A stretch of DNA of 64,000 nt from contig JAQGDQ010000570.1 of NCBI GenBank assembly GCA_030141605.1, positions 74,575 through 138,574 of the forward strand. The letters are read 5' to 3'. How positions within the stretch are numbered: the first letter of the stretch is position 1; the number at the start of each line of letters is the position of its first letter. The notes under the pieces are model-generated. The model did not search any database and was not told the origin of the DNA. It saw nothing but the letters and a program-made list of their open reading frames with translations. The position numbers were made by a program, and so were the translations under genes. Shown here piece by piece: positions 37,240 to 49,200 of this stretch. The DNA comes from Tubiluchus corallicola. Lineage: Eukaryota > Animalia > Priapulida.

Positions 37240-37585
37240 GGGCCCTAGTGTTTGGGCATCTGGTGGTTGGGCACCACGTTTAGTTATTTGGGCTCTATAG
37301 ATATTTAGACCTGTGATATTTGGGATCGACAATTGGGCACCGGGGCATTCGGCTCCAAACAATTTGGCCCAGAATACCTGAAGACCCAAATGTCCAGGGT
37401 ATAAATTATTTGGGGCTCAAATATCTGGGCCCGAATTAATATCTAAGATCTAAATATCTGAGGCCCAAAATATTCGAGCTTAAACATCTTGGCTCCAATT
37501 ATTTAGAGTCCAAATGTCTGGGGCCCAATATTCGGGAGCCAAACATGTGGCCCATATATCAGAAGCCCAAACATTGAGGCCCATC
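37240..37585. repeat. Degenerate foldback of short tandem motifs
   Basis: tatttgggc-like motifs dominate the left side and gcccaaata-like motifs the right. Confidence 0.5.
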
Positions 37586-37819
37586 TGAATCTTTTCTTTG
37601 CTGCAGTCTCGCTGCGGACGACATTTTAATAGGACATGGCATACAGCGTGTTGTGTTTATTTGCTGTTAAAATTTGGAAAAAAACTGCCTACAAGGCATA
37701 AAATTAATATAAACTACAACTGTATGGAAATTTAAAGTACGATGAAAGCAGCAATTCGCTTGAAAATTATGACGTAACTGGTGGACTTCGTGACTTCTCA
37801 TAAGTTGACAATGACGGCT

Positions 37820-38083
37820 TATTGTAATGATGTTGACAATAATAATGGTGATAATGACAATGATGGCCATTATAACAGTGATGATGATGGATGGTGATGA
37901 TGATGATGATCGTAATTATGATGACGACGATGATGATGATGACAATAATGACGACAATGATGACAATGACGGATTATAGTAATGATGTTGACAATAATAA
38001 TGGATAATAACTGTGATAATGACACTGATGATGACAATTATAGCAGCGATGATGATGGATGATGAGGATGAGCATAATTATGA

Positions 38084-38118
<35 letters not shown>

Positions 38119-38350
38119 ATGATGATGATGACAATAATGACGACAATGATGACAATGACGGATTACGGCAATGATGTTTACAGTAATAATGGTGATAATG
38201 ACGGTAATGATGACAATTATAACAGCGTTGATGACGACGACGACGACGACGACGACGATGATGATGATGATGATGATAACGGAGTCCATGTTTATGATAA
38301 TGACATGGCGACAGCAGCGATAGCGAATATGGCAATAATGACAACGGCAT
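37820..38350. repeat. Compound trinucleotide low-complexity repeat (GAT/GAC/AAT/CTG)
   Basis: Recurrent about 90-bp unit gacaatgacggatta..tgttgacaataataatggtgataatg..attataacagcg; also present at 46050-46140. Confidence 0.85.
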
Positions 38351-38855
38351 TAGCAGAGGTAGGCAATCATAAGGCTTCAACAATAATCTATTGTCCTGAG
38401 TCATCTTTATACTATAACATGATGTTAATTTATTAGCCTTCACATCCATAAAAATGCCTCAGGGCTTTGCTCATAAAAACAGTAAAATTCCACGATGTAG
38501 GACCGGTTTTAATTCAGTTAGACACACGCTGTGACTACTCGATTATTCAGTTTGCCTCTCTGTCTGTAATGCAGTAATGGAAATTTGAGACAGCAGATTA
38601 CCCAACTGCACTCTTAAGTAATTAAAGCTAGACGGAAATTCAGAAGAGGCTTGCATTTGGCGAGGCTGGTATTATAATTGGGGACCGTATAATAAATAAT
38701 CTTGACTATACGTTGAATCTGAAAAGCACGTAACTCATAAACTGATTGAATGACTGATTGACTCATTACCAGTTTTCTTCACTTTCCAACTCATCGATTG
38801 ACTTTGTATTTGAGCAGAATGATGGACGCGATTAGCTGACCGGTTGACTTAATTA

Positions 38856-39129
38856 GACCAGACGGTTTAGTCTAGTGGTAATGCGTCTGCTTTCCGTCTG
38901 GGAGGTCGTGAGTTCGAACCACTCGTGACTTTAAAAATGGTACCTGCTTAGCCCTGCCTGATGCGTGGTATTTAGGGTAAAAGTGGGGTTATAATAATCT
39001 GTGTTATGTAGTTGTAGGTTGTTATCTACAGTCGGCGATAATAGCTCTTTGAGCTAATGTTAATTGTTCACCCAAAAGCCGACTTTAAATAAATATTATT
39101 ATTATTATTGTTATATTATTATTATTATT
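38856..39129 (+). mobile_element. tRNA-derived SINE (MetaSINE-like)
   Basis: A box tagtctagtgg (38868-38878), B box gagttcgaacc (38910-38920), core gactttaaaaatggtacctgc..ctgcctg, (TAT)n tail. Confidence 0.8.
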
Positions 39130-39676
39130 AATGTCTGCTGCCAGTCTATTATCAAACAATCAGAATCATTAACTACAATTAAAAAGAAATTAAAACAATA
39201 CCAACTAAGTAGATTTCAAATACCAACTCATGTAAATGACGTTAACTTCTTTATTCAAATTTTGTATATCCACGTCCCCAATAACCGAAAGTGAATAATT
39301 ATAATTTCGCAATTCATAATTAGTAAATTAAACGGCAATCAGTACAAGTAATATTTGTTGTACTGTGATAATGGAAGAAAATTTTGTCTTGCATTTATTA
39401 CGTATATTACTTTTTGTATTATAGCTATACATCAAGGGGAAATATTGTAATCGCCTTTACTAATCGTACGGTGCCTATGTATCTATGTATTGTATCTATG
39501 TATTGTATCTATGTATGTAATTGCTTTTAGTTTTAATTGTTATGCGCTGAGTAATTTACATTTATAGTTTTGCTCCATATGCATTTGCCTTTATCAGTGT
39601 TTTAGTGTTAAAAATATTTTTAACACTGAGGACTGTGACTTTATTCTAATCTATTTTATAGCCAATAAAGTATATA

Positions 39677-40520
39677 CAAGGTTCCCATAGAATTTTAAAA
39701 TAATTTTCCCTGCCTTTCCATGACTTTTCCCTGACCAAATATTGATTTTCCATGACCAAGATAAGCAGAAATTGCATTATCAGTATACATATTCAAACAT
39801 TTCTGTGTATGGACATTCATACATATACTGATATATAATGTGTCGACACAGTTGCAGTAGTGCTAAAGAAATTACACTAATCACATTAAATAAACTTTCT
39901 TAATCCAATCATTATTTTTGAAACAGAAATCGAAACTAGGAGCCTGCCATAGCAAAATTTCATTTGAACACGAATTGCTGAAAAATATGTTTGGAAAATA
40001 TCAATTCCCGGTGATTTTTGCAACAATTTCCAACTTCCCCGATTTTTTACCACGCTTTCATCATTTTTCCTGATTTTTTATCAAATCATCATTTCCATGA
40101 CTTTTTATCAAATTATCCTTTTCCATTGTTTTATGTATTAAATAGTTTTGATTTCTTCTTACAGATTTATCAAAAATAAACAAAAATGAACCAAACAAAC
40201 ATCACATTGGGCAATTGTTAATATAATTGTTATTCTGTAAAAACGATTATAATTTGACTTTAAGACAGAACATTTTGCTTAACAAAATTGTTGCGTCAGT
40301 TACTTAATGAATATTAACAAAGTGATATATAAATAATTAATACAATAATAAATGTATTAGGGCAAGGTACCCTTCGCAAAACGGTAAATATTACATTTTA
40401 CACAATTGCAATCTTAAGTTAGTTCATCTGTACAATATTTAATATAAATTATTTTGATAATGACTTTCCAGTATAGGCTGTATAGCTTCTATTTTCAAGA
40501 ACTTTCCCTGAATGTGGGTA
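39677..40520. mobile_element. hAT-like MITE relic
   Basis: Starts caaggttccca, has subterminal ttccatgac/ttccctgac repeats, and ends near gtgggta in a (TA)n tract. Confidence 0.5.
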
Positions 40521-42059
40521 TATATATATATATGTATGTACAATTATTCTTTTATGATAACGATAGTGTATGAAACATAAGAATTTAATACAGTAGATGT
40601 AATAATTTTGATGTCACTGTGTGCTTAATAATCATTCATTATATTGTACTGAATGTGATAATAATAAAAAATAAATAAAAAATAAATGTATATATGTGCT
40701 GACTGATTGTTTAATTAAGAGAGGCATGAGTTAGCAAAGTAATTCGCTGGTTGGTTGATTTAAGCGGTTTTTACCTGATAATCAAAATGCGTTATTGGGT
40801 AAAAATCGCTTGGTATTGTTTTCAACGAACCTGTTAGCAGACCTACGTCTCCTGTCGCGAAGTTCGTCTCATAATTACTTTGCGTTTGATTAACTTGACT
40901 TGTGAATATTACATTGTTTGTCTTCTTGCTCATCTCTTTTTCATAATTTTTTTCATCTCATTCCCTCCTTTTTAGGCTTGTTATAACATTGAAATAGCTT
41001 AAATTTCCCTCTAATCTTACTGTACTTATTTGCTTCTGAATGACCTTTTACATTAATAATGTTCTAGTTTTCTGTGTTTAAGCTGTGTAAGACAGGTCTA
41101 CCTTGAACATTTAGACCTGTGGGCTAGCTAGGCTAATTGTTCCGCTGTGTTTTAGTATAGTGGTATTTTAGTATTGATAATAATTACGTTGTCTGACTCT
41201 GTGATTGTACCTGCTAGTATAGTTATTATAATATAATTCCTCGTGACTTATTAAAGATTGTGTTGTTTGATTCTTTGATTGTAAAAGCTAACAGGCTTAA
41301 TAATTATGAGCAAACTTAATTCGGTAACAGCTCTCCCCCCTATTTCCTTGCCCACAGCTTCTTCTTCTGCAGCTATCCCCATTAGTTTTTTTTTGTACGC
41401 AGCTGGATACATAGTAACGCAATCCGGATGCCAGGTAAACACGGCTTAAATGACATTAGGAACAGCAATATAATATGAATTCTCACCTAATGTACGCTCA
41501 CTAGCTGTATGCCATTCAATTCACTTAGAATTTATTCGTCACGGTTGAGTAACTCGCTAGTCGCAAAGCTGATTAACTGACATTGTTTGCACATTAAATG
41601 ATTCCCCGATTAACTGACTGACCGTCACGGCTGGTTATATAACATGTAACATAGATGAGTACTTGGCGAGCTGTTGACTGACTGACTGACTGACCCACTC
41701 ACTGAGACTTTTTAATTAACTGACTGCCAAATTGAATTATTAATTCTATGACTAACTCACTAACTAACCAAGCATCAATTGTCATAAGAATCTTAAAAGG
41801 ATTTTGCACAGCAAAATCAAGCAGCGAAAATGATTCTAGACCAGTGGACACCAAAATTAGACATTAAATAGATAGGCCCGTGATCATTTTTCGTCAGTCA
41901 ACATTTCCGGAAGTTACGTGACGTCATGAGATTGAACTGTGATTCCCAGAAGTTGCGTGATGCGATTGAAGTGCATCTAGGGTTAACGTTTATAGGACAA
42001 TCATCGGAAAATACGCTAATTCGAACCTTCATACCGTACAAAACCAGACTATACGGTAG

Positions 42060-42572
42060 TCGGTAATTTTACAATAATTTAGATACGAAATAAAATCCAA
42101 CCTGGTAACTCTTAGGAAGTGTTCATGATTGATAAATCTTTAGAGCTGATGTCAACATAGCGCAATCTATTATCTTTCTTCCTACCATTTCCACTAACAC
42201 ATGCTTCTACCCTTCCTGTGTGATCTAACCTTTCTCCCAGTTCTTTTTTTGTTCACTCATCCATCATTTTTTATCGGGTTCACATGACAGTGGGCTTATA
42301 CAAGCCTTTGCTTCTCTAGCCCACTGCAGTACAATTATTCTTTTATGATAACGATAGTGTACGAAACATAATAATTTAATACAGTATGATGTAATAATTA
42401 TGATGTCACTGTGTCTGTTGCTTCTCTAGCCCACTGCAGTACAATTATTCTTTTATGATAACGTTAGTGTACGAAACATAATAACTTAATACAGTAGATG
42501 TAATAATTTTGATGTCACTGTGTGCTTAATGTCATTATATTGTACTGAATGTGATAATAATAAACTAAAAAA
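42060..42572 (+). mobile_element. LINE 3' tail with internal tandem duplication; partial copy at 40538-40690
   Basis: About 110-bp unit ttgcttctctagcccactgcagtacaattattc.. occurs twice; ends in AATAAA and an A-rich tract. Confidence 0.6.
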
Positions 42573-43408
42573 AGTAAATGAACGTTGATTTCACTGTAGT
42601 CTGAAGCATGCTGGTCATAGTTCCATGAAGAAGGTGAGTAATTTTGAAAAAACAATCCTCAAGATGACGAAAATAAGGCTTGAGTCTACACAACGACCAT
42701 TTGTTGTGTTTTGATAAATTTTATTTTACACAATTCCACCTTCTGTCATTATAGTTACTTATATTAAGTACATCTATAAAATAATATTAATTTGCTTGCA
42801 ATATCGTAATAATTTTGGAATTAGGGCAAAATCACGATGTAGTGTAGAAAATACGATCATATTTAAACCCCCCCCCCCTCAATACGATAATCAGCATTTT
42901 GCAAAACCTGCATTATTGACTGCATCATACAATATGATACTACAGTAGTTGTTCTTTCTGAACAGTAGCCCCACACGTTCTGTACGTATATATTAAAAAA
43001 AATATATATATACAGTATATTTATATTCTGTACGTTCCGTACGCTATGCGTACAGCCTTTAAAAAAGAAGATTCACTAACGAGATACAAACAAAAATAAT
43101 GCCCGAGTTTACCAGTTTTATGTATTTGTTATATTTTATGAAGAAAATAAAAGATTTAGTTTACACAATTATCGATAACTCAAATGTATACTTGAACATT
43201 GTGAAAAATGGATCCACACAACAAATCTTACGAAATAAAGGTCACTACAATACGATGACAATTGCCGCTCAAACGTCTGTGGTAAAGTAACTTTAATTTT
43301 ACTTTTAAAAGTAAATCTAGAGACTCCAGTGTTAAGAGTCAGTTAATAAATATCTATTAGTTTACATTAGCAACCCCTTGGCCTTGTGATGCCCCTGCCT
43401 TCCAGCAC

Positions 43409-43590
43409 ACGTCATACAAACATTTCGAACATGACGTCATACACATTTTAAGTATGACGACATACAAATTTCGAACATGACGTCATACACATTTTGAACA
43501 TGACGACATACAAGCTTCGAACATGACGACATACAAATTTCAAACATGACGTCATACAAACCTCAAACATGACGCCGTACAAATTTCAAA
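43409..43590. repeat. 23-bp minisatellite, about 8 copies, containing TGACGTCA
   Basis: Unit catgacgtcatacaaatttcgaa; period 23 from 43432 to 43570. Confidence 0.85.
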
Positions 43591-43883
43591 TGTGATCTCA
43601 AACAAAAAATTTCCTGCATGACATCAAATTTGAAAACAAACTCTTAGCGGCATGCACATAATAACATATTATATAACTTAAAATAGCTCTCATAAAAACT
43701 AATCAAATTCTTTCTAAAATTCTAAATTGCCATAGGTAGGTTACATACAACTGAGCTATATGAGGTAAATTATAAATCTATAAAAACTAATCAACATTAA
43801 CATGAATATGAAAATTTAAAACTTAAATCAGTGAGGCTAGTAAAGCTGATTAATATAACTACATACATCAAACTAGCTTGCCT

Positions 43884-44181
43884 ATAACTGTAAAAAAAGT
43901 CAAAATTCCCATTAAGTCTCAAAAAAAATTCATTATTTTTCTGAGAAACTTTTCTCCCTCAAGGAGTTCATCAGCAGAAATTCACTTGATACAGCCGAGA
44001 TCTTCAATAATCTTACAAATGCCTTCATACAAATAGATCTCTTTCAAGATACAGATAAGACCTTTGAAGATCTTGGCTATATCAAGTTGATTTCTGCTGA
44101 TGAAGTCCATGAGGGTGAAAAGCTTCAAAGAAAAATAATTTTTTTTAAGACTTAATGGGAATTTTGACTTTTTTAGGTTAT
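43884..44181. repeat. About 300-bp imperfect palindrome (arms about 125 bp) just 3' of the Ly6-like stop codon
   Basis: aaaaaagtcaaaattcccattaagtct.. and ..agacttaatgggaattttgactttttt are reverse complements along the whole arm. Confidence 0.9.
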
Positions 44182-44223
44182 GACCATGGCAGCACCTAGC
44201 TTACTAAAATGCCTAGAAAAATT

Positions 44224-44420
44224 TTACATGGAATTAAAAAGAGCCAGAAAAACTAAAATCAATGAAAAAAGAGAGATGCTGATTGTTCCTGCCCCGTTAC
44301 AGAGATTGCCCTTGCACATGCACACGAAGGATTTTGTGCCACTATTCTCTTGTTCTTCACAAGTATCTTCTTGGATTGGAACATTCTTAAAACAGCCACG
44401 TGCAACCCATTCAATATCGT
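44224..44420 (-). CDS. Ly6/uPAR (Quiver-like) three-finger protein, exon 4 (terminal)
   Basis: Acceptor tttttAG|AC; DDIEWVARGCFKN..DTCEEQ..VCMCKGNLCNGA then a hydrophobic GPI-type tail. Join 50861-50813, 48402-48319, 45860-45711, 44420-44224 = 480 nt = 159 aa, 10 Cys, all introns phase 1 and GT-AG. Confidence 0.9.
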
Positions 44421-44539
44421 CTAAAAACAAAGAAAGAGAAGACGTGAGTATGAGCCTAAAATAATTATTCAATACTCAAAATTACTCAAGAATTACTCAC
44501 TACTTAAGCCAGAGACTAAGGAAGATGTTAGGAAATGTG

Positions 44540-45310
44540 GTATGGGAACTGAACTGAAGTGAGGTGAGGTGAGGTAAGGTGAATTGAGGTAAGGTGAGGT
44601 GAAAAGAACTAAGGTGATATAGGAGATGAAGTGAAGTGAGGTGAGGTGATGTAAGGTGAGGTGAAGTGAGGTAAGGTGACATAGGAACTAAAGTGAAGTG
44701 AGGAGAGATGATGTAAGGTGATAAAAGTGCTGAATCAAAGTGAGAAATATTAACCAAGTGAAGTGAGGTGAGGTGGCTGGAGAGACGATATGAAGTGACA
44801 TGCGAGCAGGTTGATGTGAGGTTAGGTACAACAAGAAGTATGGAGATACGACGTGAGGCTATTAGAAGAGAGATGATATGAGGTGAAGTGACGTATGGTG
44901 AGAACAAGCAAGGTGATGTGAAGTGAGGCATGGTGAGAACAAGCAGGGTGATGTGAAGTGAGGCATGGTGAGAACAAGCAAGGTGATGTGAAGTGAGGTA
45001 CGGTGAGAACAAGCAAGGTGATGTGAAGTGAGGCATGGTGAGAACAAGCAAGGTGATGTGAAGTGAGGCGTGGTGAGAACAAGCAAGGTGATGTGAAGTG
45101 AGGCATGGTGAGAACAAGCAAGGTGATGTGAAGTGAAGCATGGTGAGAACAAGCAAGGTGATGTGAAGTGAGGCATGGTGAGAACAAGCAAGGTGATGTG
45201 AAGTGAGGTATGGTGAGAACAAGAAAGGTGATGTGAAGTGAGGCGTGGTGAGGCGAGAGGAGTTGCTGAAGTGTTAGATAAAGAGAAGTGAAGTGAGGTC
45301 ATGTAAAGTA
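44540..45310. repeat. (GTGAR)n pentamer repeat plus 35-bp minisatellite (about 10 copies, 44897-45250) in Ly6 intron 3
   Basis: Unit ggtgagaacaagcaaggtgatgtgaagtgaggcat; source of the spurious periodic ORFs. Confidence 0.9.
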
Positions 45311-45710
45311 ATGTTAGGTGTCACATGTGAAATATTAGGTGAGGCAACGCAAGGTTGGCAACATGAGATATAGGATAAGGTATATCATAAGGTATGTGAG
45401 TATTTTTTCAGCTAATATGTGAACAAACTTATGCGAAAAATGTATCACTTTTTTCTAATCCTCGTGTGTGTACAAATTACTATCAAAGGCACGTTCAGAC
45501 TAGTGGGTTATGACACCAAGTTAGCTCGCTGCGAGGCTGACATTCACTTCTCTGGTCACTGCAAGAACTGTCGAGAGAAACTCACCAAGGTATTCAGTTC
45601 ACATTTGCAAGTCTGCTGTCAAAAAGAAAACAGATATTCTCTAGCTTGAACGCGCCTTAATAAAGGCCTTCGCAGAACACATCTATCAAGTCCAGTAATG
45701 ATCTACTAAC

Positions 45711-45860
45711 CTCTGAGGATCTTCATTTTGTGACAGGCCCCGTTGCAGTCTGTTCGATATCTGTTGCCCTTGAGTCCCATAACATCTTCACCGTCATCGC
45801 TGTCTGCACACATATCACTTTTTGGCAATGAGTTTATATCAAGGTCCGCTTCTAGAGCCT
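45711..45860 (-). CDS. Ly6-like protein, exon 3
   Basis: actgcAG|AG; EALEADLDINSLPKSDMCADSDDGEDVMGLKGNRYRTDCNGACHKMKILR; donor G|GTTAGT. Confidence 0.85.
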
Positions 45861-46150
45861 CTGCAGTGGAAAACAGCAGCTTGTAACATTTATCATAAAA
45901 AACATACTTCTGTTTAATTTATGCAAACAACTACTACAAAATGATGATTATGACGGTGATAGTGATGATGGTAACAAGAATAATGATGATGCTTATGATC
46001 ATGGTGATGACCACAAATATAGTAATCATGATGATGATGATGACTATGACAACAGTGATGACAATGACAGATTATTGCAACGCTGTTGACAATAATAATG
46101 GTGATAATGCCGATAATGATGAGAATTATAACAGCGATGTCAGTTAGACG

Positions 46151-47009
46151 CCAAAGATTTTAGTGAATGGTCAAGAACTTATCTCTGTTGACAACTTCAC
46201 ATACCTAGGGACCACCCTTACCACAGCTGCCAACATCGGTACAGAAATCAACAACAGAATTGCCAAGGCTAGCGCTTCATTTGGAAGACTTCGCTCCAAC
46301 GTATGGGACAGGAGAGGCATTAGAACCCCCACAAAATTGAAGGTGTATAGAGCTGTCGTCATCACCACTCTCCTCTGAATCCTGGACATTATATAGGAGA
46401 CACGTAAAACAGCTTAACCACTCTCACATGGGCTGTCTGAGGAAAATCTTGTACATCAAGTGGCAGGACAAGGTGCCAGACACAGAGGTACTTAAAAGAG
46501 CTGACCTCCCCAGCATCCATACACTCCTCCTCAAAACACAAGTTTGGGGGGCAGGACATGTGATTCGCATGCCAGACAACCGCATACCAAAGAAGATGCT
46601 CTATGGAGAACTTGAGTCTGGAAAGAGAAAGGTTGGACGACCAAAGAAATGCTTCAAAGACAGCCAGAAGGCCTCACTCAAGGAGCTCAGCATGGATATC
46701 TGCTCAATGGAAACCCTTGCACAAGATCGCTCAGCATGATGGAGTGCCATCACCACAGGGGCTAAGACAGCAGAGGCGAAAAGAATTGAGGAGGCAGAGG
46801 AGAAGCTCAGGAGATGCAAGGCATGTGACACTGCCCAACAACAGGTCCAAATACCCAGCCTCACCTGTGCCAAATGCCAAAGAAGTTTCCAGGCCAGAAT
46901 TGGCCTAGTCAGTCACCTTCGAGCTCATCAAAGGAATGACAACCCCCCAAACTGACCTTTTATCCCTGTTACTATGGTCGTCTTTGATTCGAAGGACGAA
47001 CATCATCAT
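46151..47009 (+). mobile_element. 5'-truncated RTE (BovB/AviRTE-like) LINE, antisense in Ly6 intron 2
   Basis: FTYLGTTL..EINNRIAKASASFGRL..TKLKVYRAVVITTLL..GHVIRMPDNRIPKKMLYGEL..; C2H2 finger CAKCQRSFQARIGLVSHLRAH; (CAT)n tail; contains stops and a deletion. Confidence 0.9.
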
Positions 47010-47432
47010 GTTATGCACCATACAATACTAAGTGTAATTAACGGGCTCCACTCTGGGGACCTCTTTATTTTGATTGAATGATTGAATATCTTTATTGACA
47101 TAAACATATGATAATAACAATGTAATAATTCATGTGTTAATTAATACTGTAAAATGTTATTAAAGCTGTTTCCAGCCCACTTGGGCTTACAAGTCAATTT
47201 CATGAAAATTTATCACATAATAACTGTGCAGTTCATTTACATAGAATATCAAATAAAAGAAAATATATAATATGGAATTTTAACATATACCTGAATGGAC
47301 AAGTCATGTATTAAATATATATCTTGCTTTGCCTCATTCTAAAAATCTTATAAGCATATTTTGCAGTCCTAAGGACATTCTCTTCTGACATAATATATTT
47401 CCATTTATTATAATGTAAGTATAGAGCAACTT

Positions 47433-47610
47433 GTGCACAGCTTGTCCACCATATTTCAAAATAACATAATATCAATCAATGTGCTCAATTTAGAGACCGA
47501 GTCTTTAATTTTTCTTCTTTTAAACGGCAGTCCTTTGTTAAACTATGACCACAGTATTGCACTTTTTGAAGTAGTTCAGAAGTTCACCAAGAATACTGGT
47601 AGATTAAAAG
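47433..47610 (+). mobile_element. CR1-like LINE ORF2 extreme C-terminal relic
   Basis: LLLNGSPLLNYDHSIALFEVVQKFTKNTGRL resembles CR1-group ORF2 ends. Confidence 0.45.
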
Positions 47611-47686
47611 TAAGGAAAGTAAGACTTGTATCTCTTGATCATGCAGCCACATTTTATTATGGATTGCATCTAGCAGAATCTTTTAA

Positions 47687-48164
47687 CCCTTTCATACACG
47701 TTGTATCCCATGGGATACGAGAATATTTTCTGCCTTTAAAATTAATAAAATTTTAAAACTGACAGTTTTTTGATCTGTTAATAGTTATTTTGATTTAAGC
47801 CAATAACAATAGACTCAAAAATGGTGATAAAATGGCAAACTAGAAAATCTACATAGTACAAAAAACTGCGCAAGGTACAGTACTTTAGAGACGACTTTGT
47901 ACAGATCAGCATAGCGTGCATACTAAATGTGTTAAATACTTTGAAAAATTATCAGCAGTTGCAAAATGAAGCACATTTTTTGCTTTTGTTGCGTTTTTAA
48001 AAAAGTCGGACTTTTTGCACATGACAAAGAATGTTGTGTATGTAGGTAGGTAGAATGAAAGTAGAAAAAAATAATTATTATGTGTAAACAAGATGGAGAT
48101 ACTGAACAAAAGTACCAAGCCAAAAAATTTTTCTTATTAAAAAAACGATTTGGGACTGAAAGGG
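47687..48164. mobile_element. piggyBac-type MITE, long form, in Ly6 intron 2
   Basis: TTAA|CCCTTTCA ... TGAAAGGG|TTAA; about 145 bp longer than the other two copies. Confidence 0.9.
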
Positions 48165-48318
48165 TTAAAATTTATTTTCTATTTTACCTGAGGTCTTTAC
48201 ATCAGCTTTGCTGTTAACCAAAGGCCACATTATATGTGAAAATAATAAATAAAAATATGTTTTAAAACAATTAACAGGCGGTATGAATTTGTGTAATAAA
48301 ATAAATAAATTTACTTAC

Positions 48319-48402
48319 CAAACATAGTAGTAAGAAGCTCAGAGACCTTGTCGCCAGCTGGCGAGTTGGTATATTGACAGTTATAGCACTTCTTTGCCAC
48401 AG
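48319..48402 (-). CDS. Ly6-like protein, exon 2
   Basis: tattttAG|CT; AVAKKCYNCQYTNSPAGDKVSELLTTMF with the canonical CYxC start; donor G|GTAAGT. Confidence 0.88.
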
Positions 48403-48539
48403 CTAAAATAACAATTTATCGTTGATAAATAGAGTGCAAAAAATTACATTATAAAAACTGACGAATAAGAATAATGAAACAGGAGCATTCAAACATTTTT
48501 TACGTAAGATAAAAGTGGTGAAATATTCAACATTTTAAT

Positions 48540-49200
48540 GGTTAGTGGTTTCATTGGTTGTGGTAATGCTGCTGCTGCTGTTGATAATGCTGCTGCTATG
48601 GTTACTATACTGCTGCTGCTATTATTATTGCACTGTAGCTGCTGCTGCTACTACTGCTATTGTTACTGTGCTGCTGCTGCTGCTGCTGTTGCTACTTTTA
48701 CCACTACTGCTATTGTTATTACACTACCACTGCTGTGCTGCTCCTGCTGCTGCTGCTATTGTTATTGCAGTAATGATGCTACTGCTACTGTTATAGCAGT
48801 AATGATGCTACTGCTACTGTTATAGCAGTAATGATGCTACTGCTATTGTTATTGCACTGCAGCTGCTGCTGCTACTACTACTATTATTATTAGTGTCATT
48901 GCACTAGTGATGCTACTGCTATTGTTATTGCACTAATGATGCTATTGCTAATATTATTGCGCTAATAAAGCTATTGCTATTGTTATTGCACTGATAACAC
49001 TACTGCTATTGTTATTGCACTAATGATGCTACTGCTATTGTTATTGCACGACTGCTGCTGCTGTTGCTACAGCTGTTGTCATCGCACTAATGCTGTTACT
49101 ATGTCTACAGCCATTGTTACTGCTCTACTACTGCTGCTGCTACAGTTATTGTGATTGCACTGTTGGTACTGCTGTATTGTTATTGCTATATTGGTCCCTT
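48540..49200. repeat. (CTG/CTA/TTG)n low-complexity tract in Ly6 intron 1
   Basis: Degenerate trinucleotide repeats with a recurring gctactgctattgttattgcac motif. Confidence 0.85.

Noticed and set aside
38038-38449. Poly-Q/H/D/L ORFs (also 32449, 45941, 48538 and 51312-51981)
   Set aside because: Microsatellite translations.
38861-38930. tRNA gene
   Set aside because: A and B boxes are present but there is no acceptor stem; it continues into a SINE body that has a second copy.
44500-45302. ORFs of 240, 146 and 121 aa rich in His/Ser/Leu
   Set aside because: Translations of a 35-bp minisatellite and pentamer repeat inside Ly6 intron 3.
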